A stretch of 40,242 nucleotides of DNA from Trichomonas gallinae (lineage: Eukaryota): the NCBI GenBank assembly GCA_008369845.1, contig MRSU01011221.1, positions 1-40,242 of the forward strand. Direction: 5' to 3'. How positions within the stretch are numbered: the first letter of the stretch is position 1; each line of letters opens with the position of its first letter. The position numbers were made by a program, and so were the translations under genes. Shown piece after piece: positions 10,140-21,335 of the stretch. Under the pieces are notes generated by a model. The model was not told the origin of the DNA. It searched no databases and saw only the letters and a list, made by a program, of their open reading frames with translations.

Positions 10140-10574
10140 TTATTTAAGGGATGTAGCAGAGGATGAGCGTGTAGCGCCGACACCAGCCTTAGAGTGCTTA
10201 ACAACCTTCTTTGATGGAGCGAAATCAGCAAGAACGTGGCCAATCATTTCTGGCTTGATCTGGACCTCGAAGAAAATGTGGCCATCGTAGATGCCGATAA
10301 CGTTATCGACGAATTCTGGAAGAATTGGCATGTGGCGGAGGTGTGTCTTAACAACTGGTGGGCGAACACCTGCCTGGCCCTCGACGGACTGGCGAGCCTT
10401 CTTGAGCTTCTCGATCAGGTGAACGTGCTTGAGATCGAATGAGCGCTCAATGAAACGACGGCGCTTTGTTGGGAGAAGCTGGACGAAGTCCTTGAGTTCC
10501 ATGGCACGGAGATCATCGAGTGTCTTGCCACGGTATGTGTAGTTACGCTGTGCAAACTTTCCAGATGCAGACAT
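10140..10574 (-). CDS. RPS15: 40S ribosomal protein S15 (uS19)
   Basis: YTYRGKTLDDL...VVKTHLRHMPILPEFV...IKPEMIGHVLADF...GVGATRSS. Confidence 0.97.
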   Translation of the reverse strand: MSASGKFAQRNYTYRGKTLDDLRAMELKDFVQLLPTKRRRFIERSFDLKHVHLIEKLKKARQSVEGQAGVRPPVVKTHLRHMPILPEFVDNVIGIYDGHIFFEVQIKPEMIGHVLADFAPSKKVVKHSKAGVGATRSSSATSLK

Positions 10575-10580
10575 TGATTC

Positions 10581-10598
10581 AAAAGGCCAACCAAACCG
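10581..10598 (-). promoter_or_regulatory. M3-like plus M5 core promoter of RPS15
   Basis: CGGTTTGGTTGGCCTTTT on the minus strand, 16/18 identical to the RPL26 element. Confidence 0.75.
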
Positions 10599-11034
10599 AA
10601 AAAAATAATCGTCCTTTTCAAACTAAACACGTATTTTGACTATATCCATTATATGTATTATATTTTACTCACAAAGTTTTCCATTTTTCAAAGATTTGAG
10701 AATATTAAAAAATTATCAGTCATGCTTTTAGATTTATAATAGAAATATGACATAAATTAATATTTTCCATTTTATTTTGTAAAATTTATGTCTTTGAAAT
10801 TCCAAAATAAAATTTCCAAGGATTTTGGCATTTTTGGAGTTCAATATTATTTATCTAAACTATATACTATTAAGCAATGATTAAAATGAGACCATTTATT
10901 CACTTATTTATGCTCATTTTTGATCAAATCTCGATTGCTAATTGATAATTTAGATAAAAAACTAGAGATTCTTCAATACATTCATAAAAATTATATTACT
11001 ACATATTGCCATAATGATCTCATTAAGAAGTAAG

Positions 11035-11040
11035 AAAAAA
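11035..11040 (-). terminator. RNA polymerase III T6 terminator of tRNA-Thr
   Basis: Run of six T on the minus strand 4 nt downstream of the discriminator base. Confidence 0.65.
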
Positions 11041-11044
11041 TTTT

Positions 11045-11117
11045 TGCTTACGACCGGAGTTGAACCGGCGACCTTGCGCTTACAAGGCGCACGCAATAAC
11101 CACTATGCTACGCAGGC
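11045..11117 (-). tRNA. tRNA-Thr (anticodon UGU)
   Basis: GCCTGCG TA GCATAGTGGTTATTGC G TGCGC CT-TGT-AA GCGCA AGGTC GCCGG TTCAACT CCGGT CGTAAGC A folds as a cloverleaf with A and B boxes; no intron, no encoded CCA. Confidence 0.93.
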
Positions 11118-11418
11118 AGTACGTTATTCAAATTTCAATAATATTGAACAGAATAAACTTTCTGATCCAATTTTATTCAATATTAAGGTTTCACATACTG
11201 ATATGTGTATTATTTTTACACACATAAAATCTTTACCGGATTGTTTTAACTTTTTCAAAAATATACTTTACATGACAGATTTTTCATCGGTTGTGGCACT
11301 TTTTGTATCGTCAAGAATCTCTTACAAAATTGAATTTAAAAATCAAAATCATCTATAAATATGTCAAGCATAACAAAATCGAAAATTCTGTTTGTGATTC
11401 AGAAAAAGTTATTCTATA

Positions 11419-12309
11419 ATGACGAATCGTTTAGGAGCTCTTCGTTCGAAAGCTGGTGTTTCTGGAGAGGCACCACCGCCACCACCAAAGGGAGAGAACG
11501 ATCCATTTGCACCTTTCTGGAACAAATACAACGACGTCAAAGGAAGGATCGAAGAAATCGATGATACATTAAATGACATCAAATCACTTGATGAAGATAT
11601 TCAAAAGACGCAAGATCAGAGAGAAGCTACAGATATGCGTGGTGAACTTCATGCAAAACTTGGCTCTATCACTGCTACTGCCAACGTCATTCGTCAGGAT
11701 TTGGATAAAATGCGTACTGACGTTGATAATGCTGCTGATGAGTATCCTGGTTCTGCACAAGTCAGACTTCAGAGAAACCATCTTCACGTTCTTTCTAATA
11801 TGTTTGCCCAAAAAATCAACGATTTTACACAAACACAAGAGGACATCAAGAAGAGGTTCCAGAAGCAAGTCAAGAGACATTATGAAATTGCAGGTGTTCA
11901 GCTTGACGAAAATATGGTTAATCGAATCATCTCAGAAAATCCAGATGCTCTTCAGCAAAGCGTTTTTCAGATTCAAGGATCTTCAGCTGCAACAGAAGAA
12001 ATCGTTAATACATATAATACTATTGCTGCACGTCATGAGGATATTTTGAGCATTGAAAGAAGCTTAGGCGAACTTATGGATCTGTTCGTTCAATTCTCTA
12101 TCTTAATTAAAGATCAGGGCAGACAAATCGATAATATCGAATCAAATATCGCTTCTGCAACAGATTACGTTCAGAGAGGTGTTCAAAGCCTAGAAGCAGC
12201 TAAGGAGCACCAGAAGAAGAGTCGTAAATGCATGTGGATCGTTATTGGTGCATTGCTTTTATTATTGATCGCTATTATTGTTATCATTGTCTTGGTTAAG
12301 AAGAAATGA
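11419..12309 (+). CDS. Plasma-membrane-type syntaxin (Qa-SNARE)
   Basis: N-peptide MTNRLGAL, helical Habc region, SNARE motif RHEDILSIERSLGELMDLF...QGRQIDNIE, C-terminal TM anchor. Confidence 0.93.
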   Translation: MTNRLGALRSKAGVSGEAPPPPPKGENDPFAPFWNKYNDVKGRIEEIDDTLNDIKSLDEDIQKTQDQREATDMRGELHAKLGSITATANVIRQDLDKMRTDVDNAADEYPGSAQVRLQRNHLHVLSNMFAQKINDFTQTQEDIKKRFQKQVKRHYEIAGVQLDENMVNRIISENPDALQQSVFQIQGSSAATEEIVNTYNTIAARHEDILSIERSLGELMDLFVQFSILIKDQGRQIDNIESNIASATDYVQRGVQSLEAAKEHQKKSRKCMWIVIGALLLLLIAIIVIIVLVKKK

Positions 12310-12515
12310 AACGGTTTTATTTATTTCTTTTGTTAAAACAAATAAGTTTAATTAAATTTTACGTTTTTAAATTTTTTAGTTTGAGATTCTATTAATATGC
12401 TCTAAAATTAACATAATAGATATAGTTTTATATAACAGAAAACAAAATACAACAAATATTAAAATGAAAAATCAATCCTTTGATTGATACGATAATATGT
12501 ATAATATATTAATGG

Positions 12516-13790
12516 TTATGCCTGTTGCGTTTGTTCTTCAGGCTGTTTGGCCTGCTCTTCCGGTTGTGAAGTTGGTTCATTCATTATTTTGGCGAACATC
12601 GGCACTAAAACATCAGAATAAGGATAAAGAGTCTCAATAGCTGGTTCTTCTTGAATAATTCTTGAGAAAGCGCTGAACAAATTTTTCGCTTCTTTTGTTT
12701 TGTTTGCTTGAAGAAAACATATTGCAGCATTAATAAGTAGCCTATGTGTTTTCTTCTTTTGTATTTCTTTTGCATAAATTTTGCCTGCTCCGATGTAATC
12801 GCCAATATTCATTAAAGCAACAGCCAAGCCTTCGTTGGCACCTTCCATTCCAGGATCTAATGCATTTGCTCGCTTCAAAGCTACAGCAGCACTGCAATAA
12901 AGCTTTAAATCTAAATAATTTAAGCCCAGATTTGCGAGAGGAAGTGCTTCGAAAGGTGCACAGAAAGTAGCTTTCTTGCAGCATGCTATTGATGCCTCTG
13001 TTTTGTTCTTAGCATTAATACACATTGAAACATTATTCCATAGTGCTGGATTATTAGCCAATCCTTGGAAGGATCGTCTGTATAGTTGTATTGATTCTTC
13101 TTGATGCTGCTGATCTTGCTGAATTGCACCTGCGAGAAGCATTGACTGGAAATCTGATTCATCTCTTTTATATGAAGCTTCAAATTGATTCAGGGCTCCC
13201 TCAAAATCTGATCTTAATAAGCGGTATTTACCAATACGCTTATGTAATGTCGAATTTGTTGGATGATGTTGCAAAGCTTCTTGAATTAACGAATCCATGT
13301 CTTCAAATTCCTTTTTCGACTCGTAAATATTCATTAGTTCGAGAACTGTTTCGATTCTGAAGTCAGTATCAAGTGCATTCTGATATTCGTCGATGGCCTC
13401 ATCGAATTTTCGTAATTTAGCGTAATTTTGACCTAAAAGATGATAAACTTCCCATATATTACCTTCTTCTAATTCTTGAATTTGCTGTAGTATTGTTAAT
13501 GAGTGCTGAAAACGGCCTAGAAAAAATAAACATTTTGCAATTTCGAGAGAATGACGAATATTGTTTGTATCAAACTCTGCAGCTGTCTGAAAACATCCGA
13601 GTGCTTCTTCTATGTGACCTTTAGTGCGCAAAACGCATCCTTTTAGGTTTAATGCTTCCGCATTATCAGGTGACCTTCTTAAAATCTGGTTTACGATATT
13701 GATGCACATGTCGTATTGGCCAAGAACAAAAAATCTGTGAGCAAGCCATTCAGAAGGCTTGTTATCTATTAATCGAACAGTTGATAACAT
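12516..13790 (-). CDS. BBS4: TPR protein, BBSome subunit BBS4-like
   Basis: N-terminal WLAHRFFVLGQYDMC, multiple TPRs, LLAGAIQQ, PALWNNVSMC, AIACCKKATFCAPFE-type segment and ANLGL, all typical of BBS4. Confidence 0.78.
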   Translation of the reverse strand: MLSTVRLIDNKPSEWLAHRFFVLGQYDMCINIVNQILRRSPDNAEALNLKGCVLRTKGHIEEALGCFQTAAEFDTNNIRHSLEIAKCLFFLGRFQHSLTILQQIQELEEGNIWEVYHLLGQNYAKLRKFDEAIDEYQNALDTDFRIETVLELMNIYESKKEFEDMDSLIQEALQHHPTNSTLHKRIGKYRLLRSDFEGALNQFEASYKRDESDFQSMLLAGAIQQDQQHQEESIQLYRRSFQGLANNPALWNNVSMCINAKNKTEASIACCKKATFCAPFEALPLANLGLNYLDLKLYCSAAVALKRANALDPGMEGANEGLAVALMNIGDYIGAGKIYAKEIQKKKTHRLLINAAICFLQANKTKEAKNLFSAFSRIIQEEPAIETLYPYSDVLVPMFAKIMNEPTSQPEEQAKQPEEQTQQA

Positions 13791-14507
13791 TTTTTTGTAT
13801 AAAAATTTAAAACGTAAATTTTTAAAATTTCATGATTTTTATTGTTGTTATTGTAATATTTGTCTATTTATCAAAAATTTTTGGTCACCAGAAAATTTTT
13901 AATGAATTGTGTTTTAATACAAACATATAATGCAAATAGAGGATAAGGCGAGTTTTCATTCAATTCCAGACAGACTTATTCAAATTTTAGTTTTTACAAA
14001 AACCTTATCCAACTTTTTTGAATAGTTTACATTGAATCAAAAAGCTCGTCATCTTGCTCATCTAATATTCTATCATGATTACTTATAGATGTATTCCAGT
14101 TCTAATCACCGATTCTAATCATTGTGCATATTAGCTACATTAATATAGTTGGACAGCATGTTTCGAGTAAATTTTTGACAATTGTCAGAAAATTTCCAAG
14201 ATTCAACTATTACAACAAGAATTATTGATTATAGTTTTGCATGCCAAATAAAATTATTTACAAAGTCAAAATGACATATTTTCTATTCAAAATTTGAAAG
14301 AATCATATCAAAAAGTGACATCATGAAATATTTGGACGATTTTTGAGTCTTCTCTTAGAATTTATCACGAATAAAGTAAAATCATGACTATAAACTTAGT
14401 CACCTCGCATCAAGGTTTTATTTAAAGTGTGTTTTATTAAAAGTGATATATGTAACTTTAAAATGGGGGCGATTTCATTATGAAGGGGTTGCATTATATT
14501 TATTACA

Positions 14508-14948
14508 ATGCCTAATTCATCGAAAGAAATTGATTCACATTCGTTAACTATAAAGAAGAAACCGTTAATGGTGCTATGGGATGTTCTTGCACTTATTGGC
14601 ATTCTCGTTTTCACTGAATTACTACAAATTTATTATAAACATCAAAGAAATTACAGTATTAACTTGACATTTACTTGCATTACATTCTTGACGATATTTA
14701 TTTCCTTTTCTTTATATTTATTACTCTATTTCAAATTGATTTACCATAGAAAACCTTCAAAAATCGTAACAGTCGAGCGTTGGTTCACAGTTAGACCAAA
14801 CACATGCTATCTAATAATGATCATGTTCGGAATTTCTTTTATATTTGGAGTTATCACTCTATGGCCAAATTTCGGGAAATTCGGACTCATTTACTGCATA
14901 TTAGTATATAGTCTTTTATACCAATTGCCTGGATACATGCCTTGCTGA
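14508..14948 (+). CDS. Small four-TM membrane protein, TMEM128-like
   Basis: Four hydrophobic segments; YLLLY...W....P...ITLWPNFG resembles the TMEM128 LWPVW region. Confidence 0.6.
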   Translation: MPNSSKEIDSHSLTIKKKPLMVLWDVLALIGILVFTELLQIYYKHQRNYSINLTFTCITFLTIFISFSLYLLLYFKLIYHRKPSKIVTVERWFTVRPNTCYLIMIMFGISFIFGVITLWPNFGKFGLIYCILVYSLLYQLPGYMPC

Positions 14949-15494
14949 AATGAAATTAAAATCAAATCACATGAAATTACAGGCTTTTTCTATTTATATG
15001 CACAGATTAATGAAATATAGATCCTTGCTATCTTTAGGACTTCTAAATCGATCTTGTCGTTTTGTTATCTGAATTCTTCAAATGATTAACAAATTGAAAT
15101 ATCTTACTTCGACCATCACTCAATTGTACAACATATATTTAGTTTTCACAACCATGTTACTCCAATTTAATTTGAAAAAAAAATTCATAAAACAAATGGG
15201 ACATTATTTTGTATTCTAAACTTCCATTACTTTTACCATACTATAAGTTACTTTATTACAATATCAATGTTATACGAAATTTAATAATTTTCTTTTATAT
15301 TGCTTACTAACAAATCTTGATATTGTTTCACCAAACTAGAGTCATCGATAATACCATCATACTACAGCTATATCATGATAAATGCTTATAAAATATTAAA
15401 TTTCAAATTTATTTAAAGATATTTAAATGCAACATGCTTTCTTCATATCCACTAAGATGCATATATATTAAAGGAAATATAGAAAATAAGAAAT

Positions 15495-15542
15495 GCAGGA
15501 AAAAAGGTCAGATAGCAGGGTCTATCATATTAATGCAGGGGG
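15495..15542 (+). promoter_or_regulatory. Three GCAGG motifs at exact 20-bp spacing upstream of the MT-A70 gene
   Basis: GCAGG starts at 15495, 15515 and 15535 (AATGCAGGA, ATAGCAGGG, AATGCAGGGGG). Confidence 0.4.
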
Positions 15543-15581
15543 TAATTTTTATAAAAATAATAAACGTGCATAAGTAAGAAA

Positions 15582-16760
15582 ATGGAAAAAATCTCATCAA
15601 GAGCTTTAAAAAATCGCCGTGTTGCTAACTACAGGTTCTCTAGCAGCGACGATGATCAAGATGGCGACTGGAAGGCATCATCTGACGATGATTCACCAAG
15701 AGCTGGACGAAGAAGCAAGAAAGATGCTGATTTCACATGGAGAGAAAAGCCAAAAGCACCGAGATCAGATAAATCCAGGTCCATTCCACTAGGACAAATG
15801 GCTTACAACCCACCAGCAAAGTTTGTTACTGATTTTTCAGCTGATGATTTAAAACATTGTCCTGGAGGGGATCCATGCGAGTTTGTTGAGTTTTCTAAAC
15901 TGAAAGACGTATTACTTCGTCCTGAGCAATACATTCACGGTAGTTATAAAGGCGTAAATACTTTCCTAACAAATTATAAACCTGATGATCCAGACAAGCT
16001 TAAATTCTTCGGCTACGATGCAGAACTAGTTAAAACAGATCTAAATGAAATCCGTGCTCTTACTGATGAACAATTAGACAAAGAAATTGAAGAAATCGAA
16101 AAAGAAATACAAAAATACGACGTAAAAGGAGACAGCTCATGCACAGTTGTTCCTGCCTTCGACGAAACAATAAAATACTCAGCAGCAATGAACGGAGACG
16201 TAAGAGAATTTCCATTTGATCGACTTGGAGAGATAACGCAGTTCGATGTCATAACGATGGACCCACCGTGGATCATCACACAGTCTACAGTTACACGTGG
16301 CGTCACAATCAGCTACGATCAGCTCACAACAGAGACGATTGGACAGATTCCGCTCAATAAGATCCAGAAAAACGGTTATATATTCGTCTGGGTTATTGCA
16401 TCTCAGCTGGAGAATGGCATACAGCTGCTTCAAAACTGGGGATACGAGTTTTTAACATACTTAAATTGGGTCAAAGTTTCTAAATACGGTAGATACATGC
16501 CATCACATGGATACTATCTACAGCACAACAAAGAAACAGTTTTGATCGGCAAGAAAGGAAGAGATCCAGAAAATATGTGTGTTGAGAAATTCACAGATCT
16601 TATTATTCAACAGAGAGGCCTGAGACAAAGCCACAAGCCTGTAGAAATATATGAACTGATAGAAGAAGTCTTTCCGAACTCGATGTACCTTGAAATATTT
16701 GCAAGACCACATAATCTACGTGAAGGATGGGTTTCTCTTGGATTAGAGCTTCCAAAATAA
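15582..16760 (+). CDS. MT-A70 family N6-adenine methyltransferase, AMT1/MTA1-like (probable DNA 6mA, ApT)
   Basis: Catalytic DPPW at 16260-16271, followed by TRGVTISYDQL, GYIFVWVI, WGY, WVK, HGYYLQHNKETVLIGKKG, QSHKPVEIYELIE and LEIFARPHNLREGWVSLG. Confidence 0.9.
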   Translation: MEKISSRALKNRRVANYRFSSSDDDQDGDWKASSDDDSPRAGRRSKKDADFTWREKPKAPRSDKSRSIPLGQMAYNPPAKFVTDFSADDLKHCPGGDPCEFVEFSKLKDVLLRPEQYIHGSYKGVNTFLTNYKPDDPDKLKFFGYDAELVKTDLNEIRALTDEQLDKEIEEIEKEIQKYDVKGDSSCTVVPAFDETIKYSAAMNGDVREFPFDRLGEITQFDVITMDPPWIITQSTVTRGVTISYDQLTTETIGQIPLNKIQKNGYIFVWVIASQLENGIQLLQNWGYEFLTYLNWVKVSKYGRYMPSHGYYLQHNKETVLIGKKGRDPENMCVEKFTDLIIQQRGLRQSHKPVEIYELIEEVFPNSMYLEIFARPHNLREGWVSLGLELPK

Positions 16761-17729
16761 AATATTTACGTGTTTTAGTTGATATATCAGTGTATTAATA
16801 TCATTTTATCAATATTATTCGAAAAAATAAATTATTTTTGACTTATCCATGTTTCAATGATTATACATGCAGATAAGACCAGCAAAACCACGATTTTCTA
16901 CTAAGTTTGATGCATAATTATGATTATTATAATATATCAAATTAAAATCGTTAAATTATGATGCATAACTAATGACAAATGTATTGGATCGAGATGAATC
17001 ATTAGAATATAGTGTCATGTGATATTGATTTCAAAACATAATTTATTTAAATGAATTCATGAGTCAAAATAAAGAAAACACATTTATATTTAAGATAATA
17101 TGGATATATTGAGATACATTCTAAAAAACATGATCCAAGAAGACAGTTTAATCGATTTAACATCGAGATTATAAGAATCTTATGAAATTTCTTTGTATTT
17201 CCTCAGATTATTGAAATGATTCATTAGAGAAATTTATGTCAAATGTATTTTTTATCTCTAAGAGTTTCACAGTAATGATTAAATTTTGATTAATAATTGG
17301 AATATAAAATCAAAATATTTAGATATATTTTGCTTGATCACAACCAGGAAATGAAATATTTAAAGCAATCCGCGCGTTTTACTCGAGATGTTCAAAAATC
17401 TCATTGAACTGAGCTAAATCGCTTGTTCATTATCACAAAATCATCCAAAAAACAGCAAAGCAGCTGTTTGTCAGTCAAGGAAAACAACACATGTAAACAT
17501 TGTCCGTAAATAAATTTTTCAAATAATCCTTCACTTTTGAAAACCTTATTTTTATAATGTTACTAAAAATGTCAACACTCATCGAATAACAAACAGAAAG
17601 TAAAATTAAATTTGCGTCACTTTTATTAAAAATAATAAATTACTTAACATCAAATATAGAATATAAATATAATAAAAATGGAATTTGTCACTTTTATGTC
17701 ACTTTTTGATGAATAAAAAAAAGACTTGA

Positions 17730-19022
17730 ATGGCAGAGGAAGACAGTCCTGAGGCCACCTTGCCTTTATTGGAAGGTATGGCAAACAGAAACGGCAAACT
17801 CGAAGAATTCTTGAGGTACCCGAATTGTTATCAATGCTTCATGCTAAAGAATATAACAATTATTCGCTATCTTAAGAAACATATCAAAAATCTCTTCAAA
17901 CTTGCCATGACAGATTCTCAGGATGAGCCAAATGTTGTCGCCTACAGAATCTGCGCGCAAGATCACAGTCCTCTGCTTCAAGATATGGTTAACGAAAAAC
18001 TTCTCCTGAAATATTATCCAACAGTCTTCGAAAGCAAGGAGACTAAAATGAACTTAATCGGAAGATACACTGTAATCTTTACATCAGTTTGTTCAGCAGA
18101 AGTTAATAATATGAGTGAAGAGCAATGCCAGCTTTACCGTAAACTTATTGAACGTGTCGACTGCCTCCCAATCTATAACCTATACGAAAACTTATTTACA
18201 AAAGATAACGAATACGGAAATACTAGATTACACATGCTTAAGATGCACTTCGAGAAGATCCTTCCTGACCTCATTTACGGAATTGACACAAACACCATAA
18301 AGTTCGACGACCCACTGGATCCGGGAACTACCAAGTTAGCCGCTTATTATGATTTCATTAAGTGGGCTTGCCAGCACGAATGGTTCTCCAGGCACTTCAA
18401 CAACAACGATCTCATATACGAAGTACTTAGTGATGAAAGAAAGGCTCCAACTTACGTATTAAACGCTAAATGGGGAGCAGTTGAGAGTTACATTGACAAA
18501 TCAAAGCCAGAAGTCTGCGTCATGTTCATGTTCCGAGCGCTTGGCGTTCTTTCAACCGTTCCAGACGAAATTCACGCATATCATGTTCATGCACTTAATG
18601 TTATCAAAAAACTCGCACCTAAATACCCAGAAGGCCTTGAAGATGATTTCTTAAAGAATCTTGCAGAAATAATGCTTAAGCACCAAAATAATACATTTAT
18701 GCTTCTCGCTATTGTAGATTTCGTCGATGCTGTACACAGTACACAAGGAGTTGATGTACGCATCGCAGAGAACCTCATGCCAAAGATTACAGAAGTTGCT
18801 TTTGAATCAAGATTAGCAATTCGTTCTTGCGTCTTCAAGTTGTTGGAACTCCTCGTCGCTAGAGCTATGAGGAGCAAACAGCTTGCGATTAGGCTCCCTA
18901 GGGCCATCGATTTCGATAAATTCAAAAATCAATATGTTGTTTTCAACCAGATCATGACTTCGTACTACGGTGGACTTAGTCCAATGGATCAAGCTTATGT
19001 TAAGGAACACTATGGTATTTAG
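17730..19022 (+). CDS. Alpha-solenoid hypothetical protein, probably divergent SAPS (SIT4/PP6-associated) family
   Basis: 430-aa helical ORF; N-terminal LEEFL...KN..IIRYL..HIKNLFKLA resembles the SAPS N-terminus. Confidence 0.55.
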   Translation: MAEEDSPEATLPLLEGMANRNGKLEEFLRYPNCYQCFMLKNITIIRYLKKHIKNLFKLAMTDSQDEPNVVAYRICAQDHSPLLQDMVNEKLLLKYYPTVFESKETKMNLIGRYTVIFTSVCSAEVNNMSEEQCQLYRKLIERVDCLPIYNLYENLFTKDNEYGNTRLHMLKMHFEKILPDLIYGIDTNTIKFDDPLDPGTTKLAAYYDFIKWACQHEWFSRHFNNNDLIYEVLSDERKAPTYVLNAKWGAVESYIDKSKPEVCVMFMFRALGVLSTVPDEIHAYHVHALNVIKKLAPKYPEGLEDDFLKNLAEIMLKHQNNTFMLLAIVDFVDAVHSTQGVDVRIAENLMPKITEVAFESRLAIRSCVFKLLELLVARAMRSKQLAIRLPRAIDFDKFKNQYVVFNQIMTSYYGGLSPMDQAYVKEHYGI

Positions 19023-19838
19023 TTAATTTTTACGATATTATTATATTTTATTTCACCATTTTTGAATTTTTGCATATTTAATAAATATTCAATATTTTTC
19101 AGCGATAAATATTCTAAGTTTTTACTCTCCACTGTTTATCTCCCTTTATTTGTTGGTCAGATTTTCCAATTATTTTAATTTTTTCGAAACTCCCTCAATA
19201 TAATCATCCACATCATTAGTCTAATCGATTCATATGAATATTTCCAAAAAATCTCCGTCCTAATTTGTTGAACATAAAAATGATCCTTCAAAAAGTCATC
19301 AAATGCTGTGTCGTTTTATTTTTATTCTTGTTTATATAGACATAATTTTTCTAAAAATTCGTATCATTTGTATAAAAAATTGAAATCATAAAAATTTGAC
19401 AAAAATCGTTTTATATTTGCTATATAAATGAAAAGTAATATAATTACTATTGTCCAAATACGTTTTTTTTTGACAAAAATTGAAAACCTAAATAAATTTT
19501 CGTTCTAATATATATTAAATCCACATTAAAAATATCACACTTTCGAATTTCTTTTCAAAATTTTTTATTATATTATTTTACTATACATAATATTTATAAT
19601 CATTTCTGAACGAGAAAAATTCTGATGTTTATTTACGTTTTTATTGAGATACTCTCTATATGATTTAAATATTTAAAATATTATTGTTCTTTTTAACTCT
19701 TCAAAAAATTTATATCAAATTTAAATATAATACACTAAACATATCGTTTTATTACAAAAAAATTTTGAAGCGTTTATTAATTCATCTTTTCAAATTTTTC
19801 ATAAAATTTGAAAAGAAAGTAAATCAGCAAAAATCTCA

Positions 19839-20342
19839 ATGAGTGTTGTGTATTTCCATCTTAGTGGATTCATATTCGCAGATCGTAAGTATGAGAACGA
19901 CAAACTCTACTTCACTGTTGATAATAATATGAACAGCAACAAAAAGAGAGTTGATTTTTCATTCCACGAATCAAAGAGACTCCGCAAGTCCTACAATTTG
20001 GCGGTTGTTGATCCACGTAAACATAAGTTTACAATCTCTTTATACAAGAAAAGCATATTAAAGGATACTTTCCTTGGTTCTTTCGAGATTCCAGTTAAAC
20101 AGTTGCCTCTTGATGCTGTTACATTCAACACATTACCAATTACATATGCCCGTCCAAAGGCTTCACCAATAGCTCTACGACTCGCCATCCACTTCTCATC
20201 TAAAGAAGAACCATACAAAGCACCAACAGTCAATCCAGTTCTCCCACAGATTGACATCACTCAGTACATGTGCAGCTCTTATCTTAAAGGAGACTCACTT
20301 CTCGACAATAATACGCCATTGTTATACAGACATTCAGTATAA
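19839..20342 (+). CDS. Small C2-domain-like protein
   Basis: FTISLYKKSILKDTFLGSFEIPVKQL matches C2-domain terminal strands; canonical Ca2+-binding Asp residues are mostly absent. Confidence 0.6.
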   Translation: MSVVYFHLSGFIFADRKYENDKLYFTVDNNMNSNKKRVDFSFHESKRLRKSYNLAVVDPRKHKFTISLYKKSILKDTFLGSFEIPVKQLPLDAVTFNTLPITYARPKASPIALRLAIHFSSKEEPYKAPTVNPVLPQIDITQYMCSSYLKGDSLLDNNTPLLYRHSV

Positions 20343-21335
20343 TTTGCTTTAAGCGGTGCTTTATGTTATATGTTTGTATACGGTTTTAAATTTATCATTC
20401 ATTTATAGTCGAAAATAAAATATATTCTTGAATTTGAGGCCATTGTCGCTATATTATGGCTATACATGATTGTGATAATGGAATTATTCATTGATGTGAA
20501 CTTTTTTACCGATTAATAATGAATTAACACGTTTATTGAAATATAGTTTTGTAGTCATGATAAGTATTTAGCAATCAACTTATATATTATTGATATAAAT
20601 TAATTGATTGCTAGTCTTTATTTGGCCGGCTGACAGAAATAGATATTTGCCAGATTTCATAATTTCGATGCTAAAACTGTGAAAATAGCTATATATATTT
20701 ATCAAGATTAAATATCTTAAATATTAAGAATAAAATTACAATCATTTTTTTTTATGCTCAATTTTTTCAGAAGAGTTTGAAAATTTTTTATGAGGAAAAT
20801 TTTTCTAATATAAAATTTGATCAATATATGATATATACCAAAAGGTTTAAAACGTGCTTCTTCTGAATAAAATGGCAAATTTTTTATAAAATTTTTAAAA
20901 TAAATTTATTTTATGATAATTACACTTTATAAACCATATATATATTTGTTATAATTTTCTAATTTGATGCTAAATAACCCTTGCATATACGTAAAACTCT
21001 TTAAACAACTCAGCAAAAGCTAAATAATGTTTCTTAATACTATAATTTTATGAGATCAAGTTGGTCATTAATTTGAGAACGACTTTTCACAACATTTATC
21101 GTCTTATTTTTAAAACATCTTATAATTCTATTTAGTATTATATTTTCTATAATATTCTTCGGTCATAAAAAATAGGATCAATTGAATCTATTCAAAAGTA
21201 TTAACGTTGTTTTCAAAATTTTTATTCCCAATCATCAGATAACCTTTTATAAATGATTATTTTTCGATATCCTATTTTCAAAGGTTTACAAAACTTTATT
21301 GATAATATCATTTTGAATACTTGACTTCATTATTA

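Noticed and set aside
11014..11358. 114-aa + strand ORF
   Set aside because: Its start is the antisense of tRNA-Thr and the rest is AT-rich spacer with no protein-like features.
17361..17510. Slightly GC-enriched spacer considered as a snoRNA or snRNA
   Set aside because: No convincing C/D or H/ACA boxes, Sm site or stable fold visible by eye.
21321..21335. Non-ATG upstream starts in the ORF track (also 3375, 6692 and 33865)
   Set aside because: Eukaryotic genes; the first in-frame ATG was used, which for RPL26, formin and Myb follows an Inr or M5 element.
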